Source: Octopus sinensis
Lineage: Eukaryota
Direction: 5' to 3'
Assembly: GCF_006345805.1 (NCBI RefSeq)
Contig: NC_042999.1
Span: 31,806,001-31,870,000, forward strand
DNA: 64,000 bases
In this document: positions 49,531 through 63,882 of the stretch, one piece after another
Numbering within the stretch: the stretch's first letter is position 1
Layout of the letters: the number at the start of each line of letters is the position of its first letter
Notes under the pieces: model-generated
The model's input: only the letters and a program-made list of their open reading frames with translations
Told to the model about the DNA's origin: nothing
Database searches by the model: none
Translations under genes and position numbers: made by a program

Positions 49531-50901
49531 TTCAAGTATCTTGTGAACACTGGATTGTTTAATCGACACCCTACGAAATATATAGTCTCATATAGACATG
49601 GTTGTTAAATCGCACAGGAGTTCCCAAGTTTGTTATTCCAGGGCTTTCCCTGTATTGTGTTGATAGTAATTCTTAGTAGCTGGAAGACCATAATTTTTCA
49701 TTAAAGTCTAATGATAATGAAAGCACACTTCATCACGAAGCCTTTTATATTGTCTGCGCAAGCTTGTCACGGACATTCACCAGGTGTCTCAATTTCCTGT
49801 CATTTTCTATAACCGTGTGTACTCTTATTACCATATAATTTGGTAACTTTCCCCTTCTGTGTTGCAAAAGTCTACATGAAAATTAAAGAACAACAATGGA
49901 AAATATACACACCACTGCATAATGAATACCTTGTCATATGCTGACATACTTGACTAATTATAAATCATTGGTAATGATGTATTATTGGATACAGATACAT
50001 ACCGAAACATTAGAGTAATCACTATTTTATACCCACCGGGCTATAGAACTTTTCACCTATTGTGTAATATAGTTTAAGTATAAAAACAAATAAATCAGTT
50101 TGTATTGTCTGAAAGAGTCCTTATCATACCTAGAAACCAGACTGAACTTGCTTAATCCGCACTTTCAAAACGAAAAACAGTTAAAAAGTAAAGAGACATT
50201 GCTATTGTCTCTCTACCCTCTCCCTTTCTGCCTTTCTTTCTGTAGTATATATTATGCACACAATTTGTGTTTGCGTGTGTGTGTGTGTGTCGGATACATT
50301 TACATAGCCATAGACATTTATGTTTTAATCGATATCGAACTAAAGACAAAACTACATGTATCGTATTTGCATTAACTATATTTAATTTTTTATTTAGCTT
50401 TACCCTGTTGAGGTAATTGGCCAATTAAAACAATTTGTATTGTGGAGACAATGTAAATTGAAAGAAATTCACTAAGGTCTAAAGCTAAAGAAACAAAACG
50501 TAAAAACAATGAGAAAGTTCCAAAAGCTAACAAAAACATAAAAATAATTAAACGAAACAAGAATGGAAAGTTTGAGAAATAAATTAAAAGAACTAGCTAA
50601 ATAGTACACACAGATTCCAAAAGTGTTGTTTCTATAGTGTATATTCGTTTTTATTTGATGTTGTGCTTTCACACAGAATCGATATAAAGTCAAAGGAACA
50701 AATAATTGGCAGATTTATTTCGTGGTAATTGATTGAGGAATAAAGTTGATGGAATAAACTAGAATCTGTATTTAGAAACGTTTGTCTTATAATTGGTATA
50801 AAAAAGGTACATAAAGAAAGGTATTAAGTTAAAAATAACAATTTGCAGTCTAACAATACTAATTGGAACAGATAGATGCTGCTTTCTTCAACTGATACAT
50901 G

Positions 50902-50940
<39 letters not shown>

Positions 50941-51103
50941 GTGTGTGTGTGTGTGTGTGCGTGAGTGAGTGGTTGGTTGTGTATACATACAAACACACAC
51001 AAATATATATATATATATATATATAATATATATATATATGAATATAACATATGTAAGCATATATGCATATATGCATACACACACACACATATATACATTT
51101 GCG

Positions 51104-51165
<62 letters not shown>

Positions 51166-51949
51166 TATTATAGTTACATAATACGCACGTGTGTGTATGA
51201 GTGTGCGCGCGCGCGTATATATGTGATGTTTGTCTGTCTGAAAGTAAATAATGTGCTTTGCTGTTTCTTTATAAACATCTATCGAACTTACAATGCTACG
51301 ATGTAACACGAGATTATATATTCTGCGTCACACTTGCTTTCACTAAATTGACTTTCGTGCTGATCTCTTTCCAAATTGGAAATCGTTTTAATTGCCATAC
51401 CATCTTCATAGCAGCCGTAGGACTCGTTTTGCTATGTGTCATCATTTTGGCATACAAGCTTTCATTGACTTGGTGAAAATAGTGAATATTTACTATATTG
51501 CATCCCGAAAATCTCACGTCGTCACATACACTACAGATTGAATAACTGTAACCATGCTTTCAATATTCAAAATTCTCTTACATATATGCCATCACATGGC
51601 TATCATAAAACAGGGTTACATCAAGTATTAGAGATGACTTTATTACTCAAATAGCGTGAGTTAGGGAAGTTCTTTTTTTTTTTTGTTCTGTTAAGTATCA
51701 CAGAATCGCGATATATTAATGCGAGCATGGTGAGCGTGCCAAATCATAGGTGTATTGGTATAGTCTTATTGCTGCTGCAGAAAGCTTAAAATAAGTAAAA
51801 CAACATTTACTCCATGACACACTTTTTATAAATTTAAATGAATTAGAAAACTATTTTATCATCGAAACTATCTGGAGATCTATAGACTAGGTCTCACTAT
51901 CTTCCGCTCTCGTTTACACCGGAGCAGTGTATGTATTACTACGGTCAAC

Positions 51950-53160
51950 TGAAGGTTTCATTGGGTGACCAAGATACTTTCAATGAATGAGAGCGAATAG
52001 GGTTTATATTTCAACACACCTCTTCAATCGATGCTGCAATGTCTGAATCTCATTAGTGTTTAAAAAAGATTGTCAACAACAGATTTGACGCGGTCGTCTC
52101 TGCGATACTGTTTATAAGCGAAGTGTTTTTTCATGTTGGGCAACAGACAATGGTCTGATGCAAGAAATCAGGAGAAAATGAATTGTGATAAACCAATTCA
52201 AATCCATAATCACACACGGTAGCCATTTAAACAAAGAGCTTATGTGCTGGAACATTGTCCGCACGAAACAAGACAACTTTCGTTAGCTATCCTGGGCGTT
52301 TGGCCGTGACAAGCCTTTCGTAACTGCCTCATTAAGGCATACTACCTTTCATTGACCTTTTGAAAATAGTGAATATTTACTAATTTGCATCCCAAAAATC
52401 TCACATCACATACCCTACAGATTAAACGACCGTAGCATTATTTGGAGCAGGTGAGGAGGAGTGTTTGTACTGCATGGATTGTAGTGTCTATACATCTCCG
52501 GCTCAAATTTATGGACCCAATGCTTATCCAGGGTTATGTAACGTTCAAGGAAGCCAACTGGATCTGCCTCAAAAGATTACAGATTATTCTGTGGTGTAAA
52601 CAGCTGGTGTCCGCTTTCTCAGGTGTCTGACGTGGCCCCCTCCGAGCAGAAACATTTGTCATGCCAGATTTATTGTGTAAATTATTCTGAATTCTCCCAC
52701 GGTTATGATAATAGCACTAGCTATTTGATTTATAGTCAATCATTTGTCATCCATCAATCTGTGGGAATACGATCGATGGTTTCCGCGGCAGTGGCAATTG
52801 CAGAACGTCTAGTATATTGTTCATGCTCCAGACCCCTTTACTCTCCGGAATTAATCTACCCCCATTTTCACTGTTGATAAAGCTGGAGTTCGATTCCATA
52901 ATGTATGAACCGTGTTGGAATGAATATCAATTGGGTCTACACTCCTTTTCTGCAAGTACTTGATATCACCATAATGACAGATTTAGTCGAAATTCAAGGT
53001 AAATTTCCACTACATTTGAACAGCCAGATTTCAGTTTACCGGGAAAGAAACAATGCAGCCATTTATAAAGAGTGGTGAAAATAATGCATGCAAGATATCC
53101 CAACTTTAACATCACTCATTCATAGTGGGCATATAAATTTTTCTGGGTCCCCTTGTATAT
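51950..53160 (-). mobile_element. Decayed mariner remnants
   Basis: Minus-strand FRADNVPAH at about 52250 resembles HHDNAPAH. Weak N-terminal similarity further up. Boundaries uncertain. Confidence 0.45.
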
Positions 53161-53708
53161 GCGCCAATTTCATAATATGAATACCCGGATGCAGTTTGGG
53201 ATACGTGCAAATTTTATAGCCATAGAGTGACGGAAAAGGAGTATCCAGTAACGTTAACAATTTAGCACTCAATTGGATAAGCGTTACCATTACGATAGTT
53301 GTTATAAACATCGTTTAAACCTTATCACTAATCTCTCCTTGACAGGCAATAATTTTTAAAAGATTTATTTCATGTTACAAATATGTATGCCATTAATTTC
53401 AATAGCATAATTCCAGTTAGAATTCATTTAGTACATAGTCTATATGAAACTTGATATATTGATTTATGGCGCTATAATTACCGAGGCATTTCTATATTAC
53501 GGAAACTAAATGCGTTGTATATCTATAATTGTTGTTATTATATAACGCTGACGCTATGTAATGAGGCTGGAAGCAAACTCACTGAATGAAAATATAGTTA
53601 TATACTTTTTACCTTTCTTATAATTTTTTCTAATGGTGTTTCATTGGATGTGAATATAACGGTGTTTGCATGGAATTCTGTCTATCTGTCTCTCTCTCTC
53701 TCTCTTTC

Positions 53709-53796
<88 letters not shown>

Positions 53797-53881
53797 CATA
53801 TATATATCTATGTATATATATATATATATATATACATATTTATATACATATATATATATATACATAGATATATATATATAT

Positions 53882-53945
<64 letters not shown>

Positions 53946-53982
53946 TATTTATTTATATTTATATATGTGTGTGTGTGTGTGT

Positions 53983-54117
53983 ATGCATGGTGTGTGTGCA
54001 TGCATGGTGTGTGTGCATGCATGGTGTGTGCGCATGCATGGTGTGTGTGCATGCATGGTGTGTGTGCATGCATGGTGTGTGTGCATGCATGGTGTGTGTG
54101 CATGCATGGTGTGTGTG
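53983..54117. repeat. 17-bp minisatellite ATGCATGGTGTGTGTGC, about 8 copies
   Basis: Directly visible; one T>C variant. Confidence 0.95.
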
Positions 54118-54952
54118 GGTGGAGGTGGGGGTGTATTACACTGTTCAACAAATTCTAACTTTTTTTCGCTGACCTACGTTTGAGATTTCTTTTGGGGTAA
54201 TTTAGGTTATGTGAATTTTTAAAAAATAGCAAGAGATTATTTTCTATGACACCTAGTTTTTTTTCTCTCAGGGTTGGCCCATGTTGGTCCAACCCGTTGC
54301 TCCATGTTTGAAATTTTTGAATTCCCCTGACTCTTTTTGTTATATATGTGGGTGGTCTATAGTACCAAGTAAAAGAATGACAGTTAGTGATATTCTGAAA
54401 GATCCTGCTTGGCTTATTTAAAGATTAAAGTTGGTGATCAGGATAAGGCGTGGGCCTGCACGATTTATCCTGCGTTGTGAAAGAAAACTTGCATTAAAAT
54501 TTAAGTATCATCAACATATTCTGAATAAACAATACTACATATTATATATTTCCCTTTACCCCAGTTTAAATTGAAATGTATGTAAGCATATAAAGACATA
54601 AACGTATATGAGCGTATATAATCCTGCGGTTCTGTTTACTCGTGCTCCTCTTTGAATGACTATTTGATTAGTCGATCGAGGAACTACAGTGTAGATAATT
54701 GCAATTTTGAGTTAGTGTTCACTCTGGTGTTGTTATGTAAAACATAAAAGAGATTTATAACTAAACTTTTATGAAACAAAACAGCGTGTGGAAGCTACCT
54801 TCTCGTGGTATATGGCCCACACTGTTGGATACTTAACATTCCATGTCTTCAAATGTGTTATGATTTTCACACTGTAGGCATTTTCACTAAAATAAAATTA
54901 TATTTATAACAATCTTCTCGTAGCCAAATACCATATATATATATATATTATA

Positions 54953-55032
<80 letters not shown>

Positions 55033-55038
55033 ATATAA

Positions 55039-55095
<57 letters not shown>

Positions 55096-55174
55096 TATAT
55101 ATATAATATATATATATATATGAAAAAACAAGTAAAAAATAGAAAATGCTAAAATAATTTTATAGTGAACATTT

Positions 55175-55211
55175 CAGTACCGGTTCGGTCATTTTGAGAC
55201 CTTTTCAACTG
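55175..55211 (-). ncRNA. Minimal hammerhead variant (U3-A8), one A missing from GAAA
   Basis: CAG UUGAAAA GGUC ucaaaau GACC GAA C cg GUA CUG. Stems I and II pair, and the palindrome ACCGGU is present. This copy is probably inactive. Confidence 0.65.
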
Positions 55212-55944
55212 TAACGATTAAATAATTAAATTTAGAAAAATTAGAAGAAAAGTTTTCTTAAAAGAATATTTCTATAGTAGTGTTCAGATTTAAGTGGCAT
55301 TCTGCCTTTCTCTGACTCTCTTGTTTGCACTTGTGTGTTCGAGGTAGTTGTGAGTTCTTGGTAGGGTAGTAGAGGGAAGGCTGGTGAGGAAAGGGGGGTG
55401 GGAGAATCTGGGAGTGCCCTGATGGTCGTATTTTGAATGGTCAGTGGCGGCTGGCAGTCTCAGTTCAATTCAGGAGAATATTTATATTGACAGGCTTGTT
55501 TATAGAATTAGCGTAGGTGTTATACCAAAAAACATTAGTGACAAACTTAAGGGGTAGGGGGTGGAGAAGAAGAAGAAGAAGAAGAAGAAGAAGAAGAAGA
55601 AGAAGAGAAGAAGAAGAAGAAGAAGAAGAAGAAGGAGAAGGAGAAGGAGAAGATGATGGTGATGGTGGTGATGATTATGACGACGATGATGATGATAACG
55701 ATGATGATGAAGAAGAAGAAGGAGGAGAAGGAGAAGATGGTGGTGATGATGGTGGCGATGATGATGACGCCGATGATGATGATAACGATGATGATGAAGA
55801 GAAGAAGAAGAAAAAAACAGAGAAGGGATAATATGAATGGGTGTAAATATAGCTATGAAGGGGCTGATTAGTAATGGATTCTATGGAGTGTAGTATTTGT
55901 GTGTGTATATATATTTTTTTCTTTTATTCTAAAGTTGAGGTATA

Positions 55945-56520
55945 TTAATTGTTTGTCGTAGACCCGTTAAGAAGTGGCTTGTATTTTGTAATAAAGAGAT
56001 TTTCTTTACTTATTCTTTGTCTCGAGGTTGTATCGTCCCTAAATTGGTAGAGGGGGAAAATTCTGAAGTTTGGTGTTTTTTTGTTGGCGCAAGTATCTAT
56101 GTGTTGGCTAAAAGCTATTTTTCTTTTTTGGGGAATTTTTATCTGGGATCTGTGCAGGGCCATTCGTTTACGCAAACCATTTTTTGTTTGGCCTATGTAC
56201 TGCTCTTGACACTCGGAGCAGGTTAGTGAGTATATTAGGTTCTCCGAAGCACATGTGAAGTTGCTTTTCACTGTAAACCGTTGTCCCTGTTTGAAGGAGA
56301 ACTCAGAACCCTCGATTAGATAGTCGCATATCCCGCAATTGGGTCTTCCACATTTTTTTACTGTCGGCTTCTGTGTTGAAGAGTGAATTCGGGCTTGTGT
56401 AAGGAGACTTTTCATGGATCTAGGCTGTCTTTTGCTTTTTATGATCGTGTGTGTTTGGAGGATTGTGTTCATTCTGTGGTCTTTTTTTTAGGAGGGGTAT
56501 GTTGTGGAGGATGGTGTCGA
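55945..56520 (-). pseudogene. PLE GIY-YIG endonuclease with CxxxxCxxC knuckle
   Basis: KCGRPNCGICDY...FTCASENLIYSLTCSECQEQYIGQT...RKRMALH...FSQH...KENLFI...LN. Open for 175 aa (55945-56472), with one frameshift upstream. Confidence 0.9.
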
Positions 56521-56599
56521 AGGCTTCGTTATTGAGAGGTATATATATACATATATATATATACGTATATATATATATATATATATAATATATATATAT

Positions 56600-56633
<34 letters not shown>

Positions 56634-56652
56634 ATATATATATATATAATAT

Positions 56653-56704
<52 letters not shown>

Positions 56705-57212
56705 TACACGAAGGTGCTGAATAAATTCTGGTTTTAAGGGAACCGAGAAATGCCTGGTTGGAAGCCCGACATTTTGAGTTCTCTTACAGTATTAAGAAAA
56801 ACTGAAGGACGGCTGCAATAAATGTATGAATCTGAGAGCGGAATATGCTCCATTATAATATCATTCCCTGATCCTCTTGTATTTTCTTTTACCCAAACCC
56901 AAGAACGTTTCAGCGGCTCATGGAATATGTGTGCATGAGTGTGTGTGTGCATGTGTGTGTGTGCGCGCGTGTGTGCACATGTGTACGTGTGTGAGAGTGC
57001 TTTAGTGTATGAAAATGTATTTCTGTGTCTCTGAGAGTGTCTTCTTTGTGGAAAAATACGATTAGTTATATGTATAGAATAGATTGTTCCTTAGATTATT
57101 TAAGCATATATATTTATTCCAAAATGTCTCCGAAGATACAAGTATAAATTTATATAATGCCCCATTTAATTTTTGCGGCACAACTTGATGTCATTTTATG
57201 ACTGCATCGACA

Positions 57213-57242
<30 letters not shown>

Positions 57243-57243
<1 letters not shown>

Positions 57244-57605
57244 GTGGAGGCACAATGGCCCAGTGGTTAGGGCAGCGGACTCACGGTCATAGGATCACGG
57301 TTTCCATTCCCAGACCGGGCGTTGTGATTGTTTATTGACCGAAAACACTTAAAGCTCCACGAGGCTCCAGCAAGAAATAGTGGCGGTCCCTGCTCTACAC
57401 TGTCACCACAACTTTCTCTCCCTTTTTTTTCTGTATTTTAATGGGCCAGCCTTGTCCCACTCTGTCTCATGCTGAATCTTTCCGAGAACTATATTAAAGG
57501 TATACGTGTCTGTGGAGTGCTCAGCCACTTGGACGTTACTTTCATGAGCAGGCTGTTCCCTTATTTGATCAACTGGAACCCTCGTCGTCGTAACCGAAGG
57601 GGTGA
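57243..57605 (+). mobile_element. tRNA-derived SINE related to 45044-45364
   Basis: A box TGGCCCAGTGG and degenerate B box GTTTCCATTCCC. The 3' half matches 45044-45200 reverse complement (GTGTCTGTGGA.TGCTCAGCCA...CCCTCGTCGTCGTAA). Confidence 0.8.
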
Positions 57606-57686
57606 CGTAGTATACATACATATATATATATATATTATATATATATATATATATACACATATATATATATATATATATAATATATA

Positions 57687-57718
<32 letters not shown>

Positions 57719-60349
57719 AGTATGTATGTTTGTATGTATGTATATACACACATACATACCAAAGTAAGCACATGTGAAACAAGATGGGAAAAATAGTAGT
57801 CGAATACCGGAGGTGGGGTAATATGCTTTATTTGTAAAGCTGCAAAGACATCACAAAAATATCACAATAAACTGCTACTCACGTTCTCGTTCGTCGAACA
57901 GTTTAGACTGAGAATCTCAGTCTCAACTTTTTTTATTCCGAGGGGAGGCAATGCGAGCAGCAACTAAAGGAACATTACAAAATCCACAGGAAGATCAAAC
58001 ACATACATATATGTATCTATACATATATGCATCTATACATATATGTATATATGTATGCGTGCCCGCGTGTGTCAGTGTGTGTGATTATGCTCTCCTCATC
58101 AGTCGAGAAACGTACAATGACATGCAGAACTTTTCCCATTCGACAATCTATTGCATCAGTAAAGGAAGGTCAGTCTGCAAAATTAAGTTTTGAAACAATG
58201 TCGTAAATGATATAAACTTCTGTTCTTATTTGAAGTCCCCTACACCACAACCAATTAGTGGTGAAACAATTTCACTACTAAGTTTAAAACAACAGCAGTA
58301 TAAGTATATTTCATAGACACATTTTATTTGTTTAAGCTGTAATGGTAACGTAATATTTAGTCGCTCAGTTTCCTTGTGTATATTCACATAAAACACTGAT
58401 TCTGCTAACAATACATTTCCCCATAAAAACGCAGTATAGAAAGTATTACCTGATTTGTCCATAATCCTGAAATGCCAACATTTTCAATTACGATATTTGC
58501 CGGCGAGGATATTCAATTGATATTCATATAAGACACGGGCGGCTTGTATTATATTGCATATTGAAATTACTTCACATCGTATTGGGCATTCTCGTAGCAA
58601 CAATGAAAATATTCTGCATGAATCTGTAAATAATTTAATGGATATATTAGTTATTGGTCATATAGTTAAATATTCAGGTGATGATATATACCTACAAAAT
58701 ATATTACAAAACATATTATCAAATAGTTTGACGCCAGACAAAAATTTCTTGCAAACCATAAAATCAGTTTACATTTTGTGATATTTATGAAACGAAAATA
58801 TATTACATACTGCTCTTTTCTGTGCAGATATTTTCAATTATATTTCATTTTATACCAAAATGTTGGCTCTTGGCGTTTGATTATACATTCACAACTGACT
58901 GAGACATACTATGTTTTAAAGTTAGTTCTAACATTGTATATGATCTTCTTAAGTTATTAGATATGTTGAATTCTGTCGTTGTCATTTTTGTAAAACAGTG
59001 CTTGATTTGAGAATGATTTTGACTCCCATCTGCACTTGGATTAGTTCTATATATCGCACATCAAGATCATTTGGTACAGCCAGCATTGATTAGTTTTCTT
59101 AACGATTCTTCCATCACCACTTTTGCGGCTGAAGAGATCCTAATAATTCTAAAACACTTCCGCTGATAACTTTTAAATATAATTATTTAATACTCGATGA
59201 TTAATATGCATTTTTCACCTATCGCATTATTTTAATGTAGTTATCATTGTAGTATTCGCGGTATTAAATATCTTTCTCTTATATTACCTACCCCTGGAGA
59301 CAATTATTTTGTGTCTTATTCTTTTAATGATAATGTAAAATTAAACAGTTTTCTGATTGGAGTAATAGCTGATATAGCACAAGTTATAGTACATGATATC
59401 TAAACTCTGATATCGCAACTTTTTTCTTCTTAACAACGGTGAATTGATTTTCACATTCTACGCCGTCATCGAGATTTTCAATTATCTCAAAATCGATTTT
59501 GCAGATACTCTTTGATTTTGCTGTTTTATTGCACTATTTCGTTGACAGTTTTGTCAAGGATACAACTGCTTGATTTAGCTCAGTAGCGCTATCACGTCTA
59601 TCTCTTTTCATTTTCCTATGTGTTGTGATCTGCGCCCTCTCCAAAGAATTTTGTAGATTCATATCCAAACTATCTTATGGATCTTTGTTGACATTTTGCT
59701 AGAGGCAAGATATTTTCATTCAATCAGTTAAACCATTAGATATGGAATTAATAGCACATTTCCCCACCCACTGTGTATTAATCTCATGCGAAATCTCTTT
59801 CCAAATGCACCTGCACTTAAAATATCGTCCCTGTCATCATGAATGGTGTTGAATTCCACTTGCAAAAAATGGGACACATCTGCGTTGTTGAGGCGTGTAC
59901 ACTATCGTCGTCGTCGTCATCATCATCATCATCATCATCATGATCATCATCATCATCATCATCATCATTATCATCATCATCATCATCATCTTCATCATCA
60001 TCACCATCATCATCATCATAATCATCATTCTCATCATCGTTTTCGTTAAAATGTTAGTATTTTTTTTTTTTTTGCTTTTGTCGATGATGTTGCTCTTGTT
60101 GTTAATGATAACAAAACAATATTTGTTTCAAATATTTCCGGACAAATTTCTTAGAAGGCGGGTGTTACTTGATTACACGAAATACAATGCACAACTATTC
60201 TATGGATCCCGAAAGAATGAAAGAATAAGCTGTACTTAGCTTTATTTGGACGTACAAAGCAAAGAGTTGGAAGAAATGCTGCTAAGCTTTTTGTCTACGC
60301 GACAAGAAAAAAAAATAACCATCTATTTTACTAAAAGCACAATACCTGA

Positions 60350-60430
60350 AATTCTGGGGGAGGGGAAGAGACGATTATATCGACCCCAGTCTCTCACCAG
60401 TACCTAATTTATCGACCGCAAAAGGGCAAA
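60350..60430 (-). mobile_element. SINE fragment
   Basis: GATTATATCGACCCCAG...CCAGTACCTAATTTATCGACC. Confidence 0.6.
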
Positions 60431-61329
60431 ATTCAAAAGCACTTTCAAGTCTTTCTTTCAAAATTGAAGCCGTGTTAAACGAAATGTTCGGCAATTTCTG
60501 TCCAACTGCTGTTATTTTGCCTATTGAATCTTTTATATAATTGTATTGTGCTTGCTAAAATTATGCGTGAAAGCTTGACTAGCTTTGCTAATCTTAGCTA
60601 TATCATTTGCTATTTCCTTTAATCGTGATTCACTTTAACTGCGTTTGACATAATGATGTACAAAAATATTTGCATGTTTCCAGTAATCTCCTATGTCAGT
60701 AAAAATGCATTTTATCCTGAAAAATTGGGATTTTGGATTTGCAGAATAATATGATGTGGATAATCTGAGCGGCAGTGGGATGACGTGGGTTTGCAAATTA
60801 GCTCTGTCACTATTCTGCCTCCAGAAAATGTAACTGTTGTCTTTAAAAATTGAACACCAGTTCTTGAAAAGCAAGACGTAAATTTTACGTTCGACTTAAA
60901 GTTATAGTTTTTAGCATAATAGTCACAGAAATGCTAGAAGTCCATTAAATTAACTCTTCCCAGAGAAAAAAGACGCCATCAATGAACCGTAACCAGAGTT
61001 ACCATGAAGGGATTTGAATACCTTTAATAACTGTATCTCGAATTTCTTCATGAAGACGTTAGAGAAATTAACTGCCATGGGGTTGACCATGGCGCAGCCG
61101 TTTGTCTGCTGGTAAATTCTAAACTTAATCGTGTTACGTTATAACACTAACCTCAATAATATACAGAGAAAATGTGATGGAATACATTTTTTGACTGATT
61201 TTTCGAAGGCATCTGCGGTTTAATTCACCCAATTTCTATCACCCAGATAGACGAATAAAAATTATAACTTCTCACATGAACATTCAGAACAAATTTTATC
61301 ACCCAAAATATTTCGTGTTTTAAGTGAAG

Positions 61330-62480
61330 ATTTCAAGCCAAGAAGTCAAGTATCTAATGACAATAAGACTCTGAAAACCACTCGCTCGAGAAAATTGATC
61401 ACACTAGAGAATACGTGGGCCATAAATTCATCTAAACTAAAACTTTCGCCTGATGATGTCTCATTTTTGAAACCTGGACTGAGTTTCTGCCCAGTACTAA
61501 GAATTTTGACAAGAATAATTATGCTCGAGGGCTATTTCAGTATGTACGTCGACAAACTGAAGGGACATTCTTTGAAAAGCTAGTAACGATGAGACAGAAA
61601 ACCCTATGTTTACTGAAAATATGAGTGATGATGATCGAATCTGGCATAATTTTATTCAAAAGAATCACTATTGTTATCAAGATGAAGTTCGGGATGGACG
61701 TTCACAAGCTCTACTGGAATTTCTTGAATCTTGTCAGACAAACATTACAGAAAGCCTGAAAACAAGCAGAAAGAAGTCCTGGATAACCTCACAGATTCCC
61801 AAAGTTACGCCCTCCCACGTCTAGCCTATAACGATCCTATTGTTATTGAAATGGCTGATAAGAGAGGTGCTTTCGTAATTATGGACAAGAGTGAGTGTAT
61901 TTAGGTGTGTGAAGAAGTTTTAAATGATAAAACTCATATCAAGAATTATCTATTGATCCAAACCCCAATTACAGAGAGGAACTTGACAGAATAATTCTGG
62001 AAATGGAGGAAAACAATTTCATTAATAAGGCCGAATCCAAGATTTTATGTTGAGAAAGAGGAACACCTGTATTTTATGGTCTCCACAGAATACACAAAAA
62101 CCTCGAAAGATTTCCTCCAATTCGCCCAGATTGCAGCAGTTATGAATGTTGTACAGCCAAGATTTCGGAATGGCTAGATGGCTTTCTGCTCCCTGGCGCA
62201 AAAAGATCAGGTTCCTATTTTCAGGATACTTTTGATTTTGTGTCTAAGATCAACAACATTTTTAAGCACCGAGGCCATATGGAGAACTGTCTTTTGGTAA
62301 CCATAGATGTTTCTTTCTTACATCCCATTATTGACCACAATAAAGGTGTAGAAGCATGCACGGATTCCTTCGAAAAGCGGTCTAAGAAAAGTATTCCATC
62401 AAAATTTCTTTGTAGGCTATTGAGGTTTACAATAAATGACATAATTCCTTTAGCTGACATTTCAATGGTGTTGCATGAAA
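61330..62480 (+). pseudogene. Decayed PLE N-terminal region plus RT fragment
   Basis: FLKPGLSFCP, ADKRGAFVIMDK, FYGLHRIHK, IRP, YFQDTFDF and LLVTIDVSFLHPIIDHNKG. Truncated before the YIDD motif. Confidence 0.8.
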
Positions 62481-62641
62481 GTTACCAGCGAGTGACGAAA
62501 AAACTGTCCTCGTTATAAACAGATATATACTCAGCCACCTTAGTGTCCAAATATCATTCAACCAATAAAATGTCTCTTTCAATCGAATTATGCTCGTCCT
62601 CTTGACTGTGTTCCTTTGTGAAGAGTTCCGTCAATCCCATT

Positions 62642-62855
<214 letters not shown>

Positions 62856-63745
62856 ATGCTTGCCTCTAACGTTGTCAAAAGGACAGTCACTTTTGGGGTA
62901 GGATGTAAGCGAAAAATATCGATCCCACTTCTTGGCAGGTACTTTCTTTCATTGACTCTAAAAATGTGTAAATCAGTTGCGTTTTGGCGGTAATTGAATC
63001 CATGACGTAAAGCGCCGGAAAAATTTGCTTTAACTTTCTGACACAAGGCCAGCAATTTTAGACAGTGGCTGGGTCTTCCGATTTTATCGACAACAGTAAC
63101 TGACCAGTATATTCTTTATTAAACCAGAATGATGAAAGCTAAAGTCGAATTGACATCGGCGGAATTTTCGCAAAGAAGGCAAGGCCGGAAAAAACATCCA
63201 CTAAGCATTTATTTTGACGTGGTAAGTAGCTGCATTGATATTGATAGCAAAAGCCGATCATACACATACAAAACAGCACAAATGTAGACTCAACACGAGC
63301 CAGATGCAGTGAAAGGAAATAAAATTTATAGAAGTTTTTGCAGTTTCCCCATAAAAACTAATCACGGGAAAAGAGCAAAACAATCTCGAATGATTATAGA
63401 GTGTTAAAAATAAGTTTAATACCATAGACTTTGCAATATCGTTTGAAAATACAGTGTATGCCAAAAAAGAAATAAATGAACAACTTAGAATTATCAGAAC
63501 CTAAATTTTAACTTGAAAATATACTGGAAGTCTAAGAGCATAGTTATTATTCTTATAACTGGTGCATTCAGACGAACATACAAACAATTAACTTTGGAAG
63601 CTGAAAAATATTGCCACTGAAACTGCCATTACCGAACTGCAGAATATTGCAATAGTGTATTCTGAAAAAAATTCTTGTTTTAAAGGAAAATCTCACCAAA
63701 TCTCAAACCAGATTCCCTTCTTGCTTACATAGTGTCTAATGTTAA

Positions 63746-63755
<10 letters not shown>

Positions 63756-63800
<45 letters not shown>

Positions 63801-63810
63801 GGTGGTGGTG

Positions 63811-63880
<70 letters not shown>
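63756..63880. repeat. (AGT)n-(GGT)n-(AGT)n microsatellite
   Basis: Directly visible. Confidence 0.95.

Positions 63881-63882
<2 letters not shown>

Larger units (their letters stand above)
55121..56540 (-). mobile_element. 5'-truncated Penelope-like element (GIY-YIG plus 3' terminal repeat) between two (TA)n tracts
   Basis: Endonuclease ORF and a downstream hammerhead-like motif lie on the same strand. (TA)n at 54935-55120 and 56540-56700. Confidence 0.85.

Noticed and set aside
53983-54117. CRISPR-like or functional array
   Set aside because: Head-to-tail 17-mers without spacers; an ordinary minisatellite derived from TG/ATGC repeats.
55517-55871. Acidic/basic low-complexity ORFs
   Set aside because: (GAA)n/(GAT)n compound microsatellite with a short internal duplication inside the PLE 3' region.
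58400-59650. Possible decayed DNA-transposon ORF
   Set aside because: No motif I could assign with confidence; needs a profile search.
61450-61475. CTGATGA...GAAAC as a hammerhead
   Set aside because: No stem II pairing; it lies within PLE coding sequence (LSPDDVSFLKPG).
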